17,326 nucleotides of DNA from a bacterium (GCA_041946805.1 JBHGBC010000128.1:1-17326); one strand, 5' to 3'; positions 7,466 through 14,340 are shown, numbered from the stretch's first letter. The notes: generated from the sequence alone by a model not told the origin. A program made the numbers and translations.

Positions 7466-9127
7466 TTATTCGTTCCCTTCGTTTTTGGTGACGCGCAGGA
7501 TTTCGTTGATGGTGGTCACGCCTTCGCGGACCAGCCGCCAGCCGTCTTCGCTCAGAGAACGCAGGTCCTCCCGGCGGGCGGCCTCGCGGATTTGCCCCGC
7601 GGAGCTTTCCTTGAGGATCAGCGAACGGACCGGGCCGGTCAGGGCCATCATTTCAAAAATGGCGCGGCGGCCGTGAAAACCGGTCTGGCGGCACAGGCGG
7701 CACCCCTGGGGCCGGAAAAGGATCAAGTCCCGGGGCCATTCCATGCGTTCTTTCAACGCCAGGGCCTGGGGGGCCGTGTCTTCCTGCTTGCATTCCGGGC
7801 ACAGCACGCGCACCAGGCGCTGGGCCAGCACCGCCTCCAGCGAGGACGCCACCAGGTAGGGTTCCACGCCCATGTCGATCAGGCGCGTGACGGCGCTCGG
7901 GGCGTCGTTGGTGTGCAGGGTGGAAAACACCAGGTGGCCGGTGAGGGACGCCTGGACCGCGATCTTGGCCGTCTCCTCGTCCCGGATTTCGCCCACCAGG
8001 ATCACGTCGGGGTCATGCCGCAGGATCGACCGGAGCCCGCGCGCGAAGGTCAGGCCCGATTTCTCCGAGACCTGGATCTGGTTGATGCCCTTGAGTTGGT
8101 ATTCGATGGGGTCCTCAATGGTGATGATCTTCCGCTCCAGGTCGTTGATCGCGTTGAGCGCGGCGTATAACGTGGTGGTCTTGCCGCTCCCCGTCGGTCC
8201 CGTGACCAGGATGATGCCGTGGGGCATGGCGAGCGCGTTCTCGAACAAGTGCAGTTCTCTCGGCCCCATGTGAAGTTCGGACAGGATCAGAAGCGACGTG
8301 TCCTGCCGCAGCAGGCGCATGACCACCGCCTCGCCGTGCAGCATGGGGATGATGGATACGCGGACATCAACCTCGCCCTGGTGGATGCGGATCTTGATCC
8401 GGCCGTCTTGGGGCAGGCGCTTCTCGGCGATGTTCAAATGGCTCAGAATCTTGATGCGGGAGACGATGGCCGGCTGGAAGCGCTTGATCTGAGCGGGCAC
8501 GGGCACTTCCTGCAGCACGCCATCGATGCGGTAGCGGATGCGCAGTTCGTCCTCAAAGGGTTCGAGGTGGATGTCCGTGGCGCGCAGCTCGATCGCATCG
8601 CCCAGGACCTGGTTCACGAAGCGGATGATGGAGGCATCCTCGGCCGCCTCGTCCAGGTTGGCTTCTTCTTCCTTGCCCTCCTCGACCACCTGCAGCGTCG
8701 ATTCTTCCAGCGAATTGAGGGTGTCCGCCCCAACCCCCAGCCGCTTCTTCATTTCCCGCTGGATGGCTTCGCGGGGCGCCAGGACGGGCTTTAGTTTCAG
8801 GCCGGTGAGCGTCTTGAGGATATCGAGCCCCTGCGGCGCGAAGAGGCGGCTGGTGGCCACTTGCACATGCCCGTTCTCCCGGCACAGCGGCAGCAGTTCT
8901 TCCTTCAGCAGAATCCGCGCGGGGAACAGGGACAGCAGCTGGCGGTCGAGGGAGATGGATTCCAGATCGCTGAAAGACAGCGAATATTCCGCCGCCAGCC
9001 ATTTCAGCACATCCTCTTCCTGGAGGGACAAGCCGCCGCCCTGGCGCTCGAGTTCCCGCTGATAGGCCTCGGCGTCCGCCGGAGACAACTGCTTTTCTTC
9101 CACCATTTTCTTCAAAATCTCGTTCAT
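7466..9127 (-). CDS. gspE: T2SS assembly ATPase GspE (GspE/PilB family)
   Basis: Start moved to ATG 9127 (553 aa). ATDIHLEP, RYRIDGVL, AEKRLPQDG, Walker A GPTGSGKTTT, TIEDPIEY, Walker B LRHDPDVILVGEIRD, His box TGHLVFSTLHTN, and tetracysteine CPEC...CRLC. Confidence 0.96.
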   Translation of the reverse strand: MNEILKKMVEEKQLSPADAEAYQRELERQGGGLSLQEEDVLKWLAAEYSLSFSDLESISLDRQLLSLFPARILLKEELLPLCRENGHVQVATSRLFAPQGLDILKTLTGLKLKPVLAPREAIQREMKKRLGVGADTLNSLEESTLQVVEEGKEEEANLDEAAEDASIIRFVNQVLGDAIELRATDIHLEPFEDELRIRYRIDGVLQEVPVPAQIKRFQPAIVSRIKILSHLNIAEKRLPQDGRIKIRIHQGEVDVRVSIIPMLHGEAVVMRLLRQDTSLLILSELHMGPRELHLFENALAMPHGIILVTGPTGSGKTTTLYAALNAINDLERKIITIEDPIEYQLKGINQIQVSEKSGLTFARGLRSILRHDPDVILVGEIRDEETAKIAVQASLTGHLVFSTLHTNDAPSAVTRLIDMGVEPYLVASSLEAVLAQRLVRVLCPECKQEDTAPQALALKERMEWPRDLILFRPQGCRLCRQTGFHGRRAIFEMMALTGPVRSLILKESSAGQIREAARREDLRSLSEDGWRLVREGVTTINEILRVTKNEGNE

Positions 9128-9185
9128 GGCGCCGTTCCCTTGCCTGCTGGCTTTTTTATTTCCCGGAGGGTAGGGGCTTGCTCCC

Positions 9186-9303
9186 GGTGGAGTTGGAAGT
9201 GAGTCGAAACCTCTCGTGCTTCTCGGCCCGCTTCTAACTCCACCCGGATACCCGGGTGGAGTTTTGGGGAGGAGGTACTCCATGCATACCCGATACATGG
9301 AGT
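9186..9303. repeat. Cluster of overlapping inverted repeats between the first operon gene and gspE
   Basis: Perfect 12-bp IR 9236-9247/9252-9263 (aactccacccgg-atac-ccgggtggagtt). Imperfect 22-bp IR 9186-9207/9223-9244 sharing an arm with it. 11-bp stem 9277-9303 with one G-U on the minus strand. Confidence 0.8.
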
Positions 9304-9318
9304 GTGGAGAGAGTCGAT

Positions 9319-9885
9319 TTAATCCAACATCCCCATGAGCACCAGTTGCGCTTCCTGGCGCAGGGACAGTACTTTCCGCAATTCCTCGCGCGCGGTCTTC
9401 AACTCGGCTTCCTTCTTCGCGCGGGAGGTCCGCAACGCGGTCAACTTGGCTTTGATTTCATCCGCGGAAGCGTCCTTGTTTTCCAGGGTTGTCTGCAAGG
9501 CGGTGATATCGGGATCTTCCTCACCCCGGAAACCACGCTGGCCACCCCGGTCCGCTCCTTGAGGAGCATTGGGTCCGCCCGGCCCGCCCGGTCCGCCCGG
9601 CCCGCCCGGTCCGCCCGGCCCGCCGAACCGCATGCCCCGGAATCCGCCTTGCATCGCGCTCCGCTGCTTTTCCATGACATTTTCCACCAGCGGTTGAATC
9701 ACTTTCCATTCTTCCGCCGAAGCGCCCAATTGTTGCTGGATGCGTTCCATCATCATGGCCCGCATCTGGGCGGGATCGAATTGGCCTCTCCGGCCGCCCT
9801 GATCCTGGGCCATGGTCATCATCACGCCCAGCATCATGGCGAAGGCGGTTCCCGCAATGATGGTGATACGTACGGCTTTCGTCAT
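9319..9885 (-). CDS. Secreted/periplasmic helical hypothetical protein with central GGP repeat; first gene of the T2SS operon
   Basis: AGGAGG RBS. Sec-type signal peptide (MTKAVRITIIAGTAFAMMLGVMMTMA/Q). Helical segments FDPAQMRAMMMERIQQQL...EEWKVIQPL and EIKAKLTALR...ELRKVLSLRQEAQLVLMGMLD flank a Gly/Pro/Arg linker. Loosely Spy/CpxP-like (inference). Confidence 0.85.
   Translation of the reverse strand: MTKAVRITIIAGTAFAMMLGVMMTMAQDQGGRRGQFDPAQMRAMMMERIQQQLGASAEEWKVIQPLVENVMEKQRSAMQGGFRGMRFGGPGGPGGPGGPGGPGGPNAPQGADRGGQRGFRGEEDPDITALQTTLENKDASADEIKAKLTALRTSRAKKEAELKTAREELRKVLSLRQEAQLVLMGMLD
9571..9624 (-). repeat. Six 9-bp units (three 18-bp dimers) encoding (GGP)6
   Basis: Plus strand: gggtccgcc|cggcccgcc|cggtccgcc|cggcccgcc|cggtccgcc|cggcccgcc. 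Confidence 0.95.
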
Positions 9886-9935
9886 CGCTCATCCTCCTGC
9901 GTTTCAAAATGAAATCGTTGGTCTCGGTTTCACTA

Positions 9936-9952
9936 TGCAGAGGCTATGCCAA
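9936..9952 (-). promoter_or_regulatory. Sigma-54 (RpoN) -24/-12 promoter for the T2SS operon
   Basis: Minus strand TTGGCATAGCCTCTGCA has GG-N10-GC spacing and is close to the TGGCAC-N5-TTGCA consensus. Predicted +1 near 9925, about 40 nt before ATG 9885. Confidence 0.75.
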
Positions 9953-10003
9953 ATCGCGCGCATCCTGTTTTAGGGGGATTTATCATCCGGAACAGGCTCC
10001 GTT

Positions 10004-10053
10004 CGCGCATATTTTTCTCAAAGGCCGCCGCGCTTCAGCGCAAATATTGCGCA
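10004..10053. promoter_or_regulatory. Putative tandem enhancer sites for an NtrC/Fis-type sigma-54 activator
   Basis: Palindrome aGCGCAA-ata-TTGCGCa at 10037-10053 and a degenerate copy cGCGCAtatttttctCa at 10004-10020. Centres are 33 bp apart, about 87 and 120 bp upstream of the predicted +1. Confidence 0.55.
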
Positions 10054-10150
10054 GGCGGCATGGAGGCTCCAGCGCCACCGGCCCCGCGAACCGCCATGGG
10101 GAGGAAACCCGGCCGGCGAAAAAAATCCCTTCCGCTAGGAATCGTCTCAA

Positions 10151-10156
10151 TATAAT
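10151..10156 (+). promoter_or_regulatory. Possible sigma-70 -10 box for the methyltransferase gene
   Basis: Perfect TATAAT in a GC-rich context, ~85 bp upstream of ATG 10240. No convincing -35 at 17 bp. Confidence 0.3.
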
Positions 10157-10239
10157 CCGCCAATTTCCGTTATATCCTGGAGAATGGCCTATCCATTCCA
10201 GATCAGAGAATGATCCACAAATCGGAAAGAGGGATGCCA

Positions 10240-11220
10240 ATGAACCAGAAACGTGTAGCCGTATATCTGTTTGCCGGAATGGCGGCGCTCGCCGCGCCGG
10301 GTTGGGCGCAGGGAGGCGGCGGGGAAGGCCCCGGCGCTCCTCCCCGCATGGGCCCGCCGCCGGGGATCTCCCCCATGGGAGAGCTGGGTGGATTCTCCCT
10401 CCTGCGCGATTTCGATGCCATCGATCAGAACCACGACGGCCAATTGTCGAAGGAGGAAATCGCGGAATGGTATTGGACTCGCCTGTCACGGGCCGACGCC
10501 AACCAGGATCAATTGCTGTCGCGGACCGAATTGGAAAGCCAACGGCCTCCCGAGGGCAGGGACCGCGGCCCGGGACGGGGACGGGGATTTGGACCGGGCG
10601 GTCCTCCGTCGCGGCCCGGCGAGGAGGGCGGCGCCTGGTCCTCCACGACCGTTCCCGCCAACGAAACGGAGAAAAAAATTCTGGCGGTGTTGTCCGATAT
10701 GGAAAGCGCCCAGCGGGGGGGGATGATGAACGTTCCCCGCGATGATGGACGGTGGCTGCGCCAGATGGTGGAATCGCTGGGCGTCCAGAATCTGGTCGAA
10801 ATCGGGACCTCCAACGGGTATTCGGGGATCTGGTTCTGCCTGGGTCTGCAAAAAACCGGCGGGAAACTGACCACGTTCGAAATCGACGCGCAACGCGCCG
10901 CGCTCGCCCGGGAGAATTTCGCCCGCGCCGGCGTCGAGGGCAGGGTCACCCTGCTCGAGGGCGACGCGCATCAGCGGGTTAAGGAACTCAAGGATCCGAT
11001 CGACTTTTTGTTTCTCGACGCGGATAAGGAAGGCTACCTGGATTATCTGAACCAGCTGCTGCCCCTGGTCCGTCCCGGCGGCCTCATCGTGGCCCACAAC
11101 ATCAATCCTCAGATGGCCGATCCCAACTTCATCCAGGCGATCACCACCCATCCCGCGCTGGATACCACGTTTCTGAGCATCCGCGGTTCCGGGATCAGCC
11201 TGAGCCTGAAAAAACGATAG
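10240..11220 (+). CDS. Signal peptide + tandem EF-hand + class I SAM-dependent O-methyltransferase (CCoAOMT/YrrM-like)
   Basis: Start at ATG 10240 (GAGGG 6 nt upstream). Signal peptide MNQKRVAVYLFAGMAALAAPGWA/Q. EF loops DQNHDGQLSKEE and DANQDQLLSRTE. Methyltransferase motifs VEIGTSNGYS, TTFEID, GDA, FLDADKEGY and RPGGLIVAHN. Confidence 0.88.
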   Translation: MNQKRVAVYLFAGMAALAAPGWAQGGGGEGPGAPPRMGPPPGISPMGELGGFSLLRDFDAIDQNHDGQLSKEEIAEWYWTRLSRADANQDQLLSRTELESQRPPEGRDRGPGRGRGFGPGGPPSRPGEEGGAWSSTTVPANETEKKILAVLSDMESAQRGGMMNVPRDDGRWLRQMVESLGVQNLVEIGTSNGYSGIWFCLGLQKTGGKLTTFEIDAQRAALARENFARAGVEGRVTLLEGDAHQRVKELKDPIDFLFLDADKEGYLDYLNQLLPLVRPGGLIVAHNINPQMADPNFIQAITTHPALDTTFLSIRGSGISLSLKKR

Positions 11221-11343
11221 GGTTCTTCATGGATTTTTGACCCGCCCCCGTTGTTGGAAATGTGGACTTGATTCAGGCCATGCATCGGGGGAACGTGGAT
11301 TCCATCCCCTGTGGGGCGCATGGTAGTTTTCCTCCGCGGGGAA

Positions 11344-12273
11344 TCACTTCTTCCCCCCGCGGGGATGATAACGCCGGTGCATTTCGAGCATTTGGCGCTG
11401 GTCGAGGTGGGTGTAGATCTCCGTGGTGGTGATGCTGGCATGGCCGAGCAGCTCCTGCAACACGCGCAGATCCACGCCGTTTTCGAGCAGGTGGGTGGCG
11501 AACGAATGCCGCAGGGTATGGGGCGACAGTTCGGCCTGAATACCCGCCAGGAGGGCGTATTTCTTCAGGATTTTCCAGAAACCCATGCGCGAGAGCGGAC
11601 GGCCGGCGCGGTTCAAGAACACCCGGTCCGTGGCCTGGGCGCCGCAGAGGGCCGGGCGGCCTTCCTCCAGGTATTCCAGCACGCAGCGCGCCGCCTGGTC
11701 GTGAAAGGGAACCAGCCGTTCCTTGTCGCCCTTGCCGATGGTCCGCACGAACTGGAATTGAAAATTGAAATCTCCCGGCCGCAGGTTGAGCAGCTCGGAA
11801 ATCCGCAGTCCGGTGGCGTACAGCAGCTCCAGCATGGCCCGGTCGCGCAAGCGGTAGGCGGGCTTCTTCTCCAGGCTGGTTACTTCGATCAGCCGGTCCA
11901 CTTCCTCCCGTTGCAGTGCTCCCTTGAAGCGCTGGGGAGGAAGCGAAGTGCGGGTCAGCCGGGTGGGATCTTCAGCAATGTATCCCTCTCCCGCCAGATA
12001 CCGGTAGAACCGCCGCAGGGATGACGTTTTGCGGGCGATCGACTTGGGGCGCATCGACTCCCGGCGCAGCCAGGCCAGGTAATCGGCCACGGTGGGATCG
12101 CTGACGCCATCCGGGAAGGGGATTTTTTTCACCTCCAACCAGGCCAGATGCTGGAGAATATCGCGGCGGTAGGCCTCCCGGGTGGCGCGGGCCGAACCGC
12201 GTTCCAGGGTCAGATGATCCAGAAACTCACGCAGAAAGTGGTGCAGCGGTTTTTCGCCGCTTTGTTCACTCAT
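11344..12273 (-). CDS. xerD: Tyrosine recombinase XerD
   Basis: Start at ATG 12273 (ATGA overlap with the MBL gene stop). RDRAMLELLYATGLRISEL, GKGDKERLVP, SRMGFWK and HTLRHSFATHLLENG.DLR.LQELLGH.SI.TT.IYTH. All catalytic R-K-H-R-H-Y residues are present. XerD is preferred over XerC from the LELLYAT and FW motifs. Confidence 0.85.
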   Translation of the reverse strand: MSEQSGEKPLHHFLREFLDHLTLERGSARATREAYRRDILQHLAWLEVKKIPFPDGVSDPTVADYLAWLRRESMRPKSIARKTSSLRRFYRYLAGEGYIAEDPTRLTRTSLPPQRFKGALQREEVDRLIEVTSLEKKPAYRLRDRAMLELLYATGLRISELLNLRPGDFNFQFQFVRTIGKGDKERLVPFHDQAARCVLEYLEEGRPALCGAQATDRVFLNRAGRPLSRMGFWKILKKYALLAGIQAELSPHTLRHSFATHLLENGVDLRVLQELLGHASITTTEIYTHLDQRQMLEMHRRYHPRGGKK

Positions 12274-12941
12274 GGTTCCCACGTCCACCGGCCCGCCCCT
12301 TGCAGAAACGGATTGGATCTCCGCTCCTCGCCCACCGTGCTGGCGGGGCCATGTCCCGGATAGATCATCACGTCGTCAGGCAGGGACAGGATATGCCGCC
12401 GGATGCCCTCCAGCAATTGTTCGAGCGACGCGCCCGGCAGATCGGTGCGGCCGATGCTCCCCTTGAACAAGGCGTCGCCGGTCAGGAGATGGCGGCCGAT
12501 CCGCAGCGAGACGCCGCCCGGGCTGTGACCCGGCGTGGGGAGCACTTCCATCGTGTGATTTTCGAACGGAATCGTGTCGCCGTCATGCAGAATACGGTCC
12601 GCGGGGGGGGAGGCCATGGGCAGGCCCATCAGCGCGGAGAGATTGGCCAACGGATCGGTCAGCATGGACGCGTCGCCGGCATGAATCGCCAGGGGAATGT
12701 GGAAGTGTTCCTGGATGAATCCGTTGGCGCCGATGTGATCGCCGTGTCCATGGGTGTTGATGATCATCACCGGCTCGAGGTTATGCCGATGGATCACGCC
12801 CAGGATTTTTTCCCCTTCATCCCCCGGATCCACGACCAGGGCCTTGCGGCTTTCGAAGCCAAAAACCAGATAACAATTGGCTTGCAGCGGCCCCACGGGA
12901 ATCGTTTCAATCTGGACGCCTCCCCACGGTGTTTTTTCCAT
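12270..12941 (-). CDS. MBL-fold metallo-hydrolase (glyoxalase II-like, YcbL/GloC type)
   Basis: VGPLQANCY, VDPG, THGHGDHIG (HxHxDH), TPGHSPG, TGDALF.GSIGRTDLPG, YPGHGP and E...NPFL. Confidence 0.92.
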   Translation of the reverse strand: MEKTPWGGVQIETIPVGPLQANCYLVFGFESRKALVVDPGDEGEKILGVIHRHNLEPVMIINTHGHGDHIGANGFIQEHFHIPLAIHAGDASMLTDPLANLSALMGLPMASPPADRILHDGDTIPFENHTMEVLPTPGHSPGGVSLRIGRHLLTGDALFKGSIGRTDLPGASLEQLLEGIRRHILSLPDDVMIYPGHGPASTVGEERRSNPFLQGAGRWTWEP

Positions 12942-12960
12942 ATCGCGACGGCCTTTCCAT

Positions 12961-12995
12961 AAAAAAACACCGCTTTTTCTTTTTCAGCGGTGTTT
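12961..12995 (-). terminator. Intrinsic terminator downstream of the pilin-like gene
   Basis: Minus strand AAACACCGCT-(11 nt)-AGCGGTGTTT continuing into a 7-T run, ~32 nt after the stop at 13028. Confidence 0.7.
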
Positions 12996-13027
12996 GATCG
13001 GTTGGCTAAAATATCCGGATACCACGC

Positions 13028-13618
13028 TTATTGCAGATTGGCGAATTTCACAATCTCCCCGAGGCTGAAAACCCCGTTGGTCGGGTCGTATTCCACCAAG
13101 CCCAATTCGTTGTGTTTGTTGTAGGTGCGCGCGCCGCCCTCGTCCCGGAAATCGGTCTGATCCGGCCCGATGCTTTTAATGTAATAATAACTCATGTCCG
13201 GGGAAAACGGATTCGAACTGTACGTGGATTTGGCTTTCAGGCGGGCCAGCGTCAATTGATAAACGGGAATTTTCGAACTGATATAGTCGTATCCCAGATA
13301 CGGATCGGAGTACTTGTCCCCATAATCCCGGACGTTTTCCTTGAACCGGTCCACCGGTTCGAAGGTGATCAATTGGGAATTGATCAACCGCCGCAGGGGA
13401 TTCGGCCCGTATGGAGCGGGGGGTTCGGGATACTTGTTGTAATCGATCTTGTATTGGATGATCCCGTGATACACTTGCAGTACGGTGTTTTTCGCGTCCG
13501 CCACTTCCGCCCGGGTTTTCGCCTCCATATACCCGGGCACGGCTATGGCCACCAGAATGGCACAGATCCCGGCGACCAGTAACAGTTCAACCGCGGAAAA
13601 CGAAGGCTTTATAGGCAT
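13028..13618 (-). CDS. Stand-alone type IV pilin / GspG-like protein with C-terminal SIGPD...YDPTNG..S.GEI motif
   Basis: GGAGG RBS. Short leader MPIKPS/FSAVELLLVAGICAILVAIAVP with E+5, followed by Y.IDYNKYP and GspG-like C-terminal motifs. Visibly more AT-rich than the T2SS operon. Confidence 0.82.
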   Translation of the reverse strand: MPIKPSFSAVELLLVAGICAILVAIAVPGYMEAKTRAEVADAKNTVLQVYHGIIQYKIDYNKYPEPPAPYGPNPLRRLINSQLITFEPVDRFKENVRDYGDKYSDPYLGYDYISSKIPVYQLTLARLKAKSTYSSNPFSPDMSYYYIKSIGPDQTDFRDEGGARTYNKHNELGLVEYDPTNGVFSLGEIVKFANLQ

Positions 13619-13682
13619 GCCTCCCTCCCCAGAGTGACATTACCTCATTGGAACTTCCCTGCAGCCTATATTCGTATCTTGG

Positions 13683-13711
13683 AGCTTGGCAGAAATTAAA
13701 TCCATTGTCAA
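13683..13711 (-). promoter_or_regulatory. Putative sigma-70 promoter for the pilin-like gene
   Basis: Minus strand TTGACA, a 17-nt spacer ending in TGC, then CAAGCT: perfect -35, extended -10 TGn, weak -10. Confidence 0.5.
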
Positions 13712-13995
13712 GAGAGAAAGTGGTTTTAACGCTCAATCGAATGATACTTTACTGGAACAATCAACTTTACCCGTTTTTATTTGCATCGCAGGCTGTTCCA
13801 CCTTGATTCGCGAGCGAAATTTCATTCCCTGGCCGCTGGAGGGTTTCCTCCAAAATCACCGGCTCTCCGGGGCCTGATCCCCACGCCAATCGAGCGAGCG
13901 CGTCACCCCCACAGAAGGGGAATCCAGAGGAAGGGCGGTTAATCTCCTATCCCCCCTGGAGTAGATCAGGACGCTTATTCCCACAATAAGACTAT

Positions 13996-14029
13996 CCCTC
14001 ACCCTCGCCTTCTCCCAGAGGGAGAGGGG
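13996..14029. repeat. REP-like palindrome of the CCCTCACCC...CTCTCCC-N3-GGGAGAGGG type
   Basis: ccctcaccctcgccttctccc-aga-gggagagggg. Hairpin seen directly; the family assignment is from recollection. Confidence 0.7.
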
Positions 14030-14031
14030 AA

Positions 14032-14116
14032 CCGGGAGGGCGAACCTCCGGGTAAGCCGCCAATGGGCAGAACTTACTCATACAAGACCGGCTCGGCGGG
14101 AGCCTCGCCCTCCCGG
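14032..14116. repeat. REPIN-like inverted pair of GGGAGGGCGAGGCTCC.GCCGAGCC-type repeats
   Basis: 14032-14059 matches the reverse complement of 14089-14116 at 22/28 positions (outer 12 perfect), with a 29-nt spacer. Confidence 0.75.
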
Positions 14117-14118
14117 GC

Positions 14119-14153
14119 GTGGGATGAATTGGCGCGATAGCGCGTAATCCATT
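14119..14153 (+). repeat. Degenerate GTAG-class REP-like element
   Basis: GTGG-GATGAATT-gGCGC-gata-GCGCgt-AATCCATT: GTRG tetranucleotide followed by an imperfect palindrome. Confidence 0.5.
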
Positions 14154-14178
14154 CATTTTTTTTTTCATTGAGATCAAC

Positions 14179-14214
14179 AAAAGTAGGGGCGCGTTGCGAC
14201 GCACCCCTACTTTT
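14179..14214. terminator. GTAG-flanked palindrome with A/T tails; probable bidirectional terminator, plausibly for era
   Basis: aaaagtagggg-c-gcgt-tgcg-acgc-a-cccctactttt. Forms a 16-bp stem with one U-G on the minus strand, ~180 nt downstream of era. Confidence 0.6.
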
Positions 14215-14220
14215 ATAATC

Positions 14221-14247
14221 CTGGATCCCCGCATGCGCGGAGATGAC
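14221..14247. repeat. Palindromic repeat of the CTGGAT(T/C)CCCGC...GCGGG(A/G)ATGAC type
   Basis: ctggatccccgcatgcgcggagatgac. Imperfect hairpin; resembles the widespread GTCATTCCCGCG...GCGGGAATCCAG repeat (from recollection). Confidence 0.6.
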
Positions 14248-14307
14248 ATCCTGATAATGCATTTGGGTAAAGAACAACCCAGAAAGAGAATGGATTAGCA
14301 CATGCCT

Positions 14308-14340
14308 GGCGGGCTGCGCTGGGCTTTGAGCCCACCCGAC
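14308..14340 (-). repeat. Degenerate GTAG-class REP-like element
   Basis: Minus strand GTCG-GGTGGGCT-caa-AGCCCA-gcgc-AGCCCGCC. The 5' arm can pair with either of two AGCCC arms. Confidence 0.45.

Noticed and set aside
9060..9127. Possible MshEN c-di-GMP-binding motif at the GspE N-terminus
   Set aside because: MNEILKKMVEEKQLS lacks the RLGxxL...G signature.
9571..9624. (GGP)6 as a collagen-like triple-helix domain
   Set aside because: Only six triplets with Gly at two of three positions. Better explained as a flexible slippage-derived linker.
10185..10200. Near-miss plus-strand sigma-54 box TGGCCTATCCATTCCA upstream of the methyltransferase
   Set aside because: Spacing fits, but the highly conserved G of the -12 GC is a C. 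Worth revisiting only if TSS mapping points near 10211.
11330..11365. GC-rich imperfect hairpin over the xerD stop between convergent genes
   Set aside because: The stem is bulged, half lies within the CDS and the U tract is weak, so it is not enough to call a terminator.
11344..12273. Tyrosine recombinase as the integrase of a mobile element carrying the T2SS
   Set aside because: Size and motifs match housekeeping XerD, it is translationally coupled to an MBL hydrolase, and no tRNA, att repeats or phage genes are visible.
13873..14340. CRISPR array in the long intergenic region
   Set aside because: The palindromes differ from each other, there is no constant repeat with regular spacers, and no cas genes are present.
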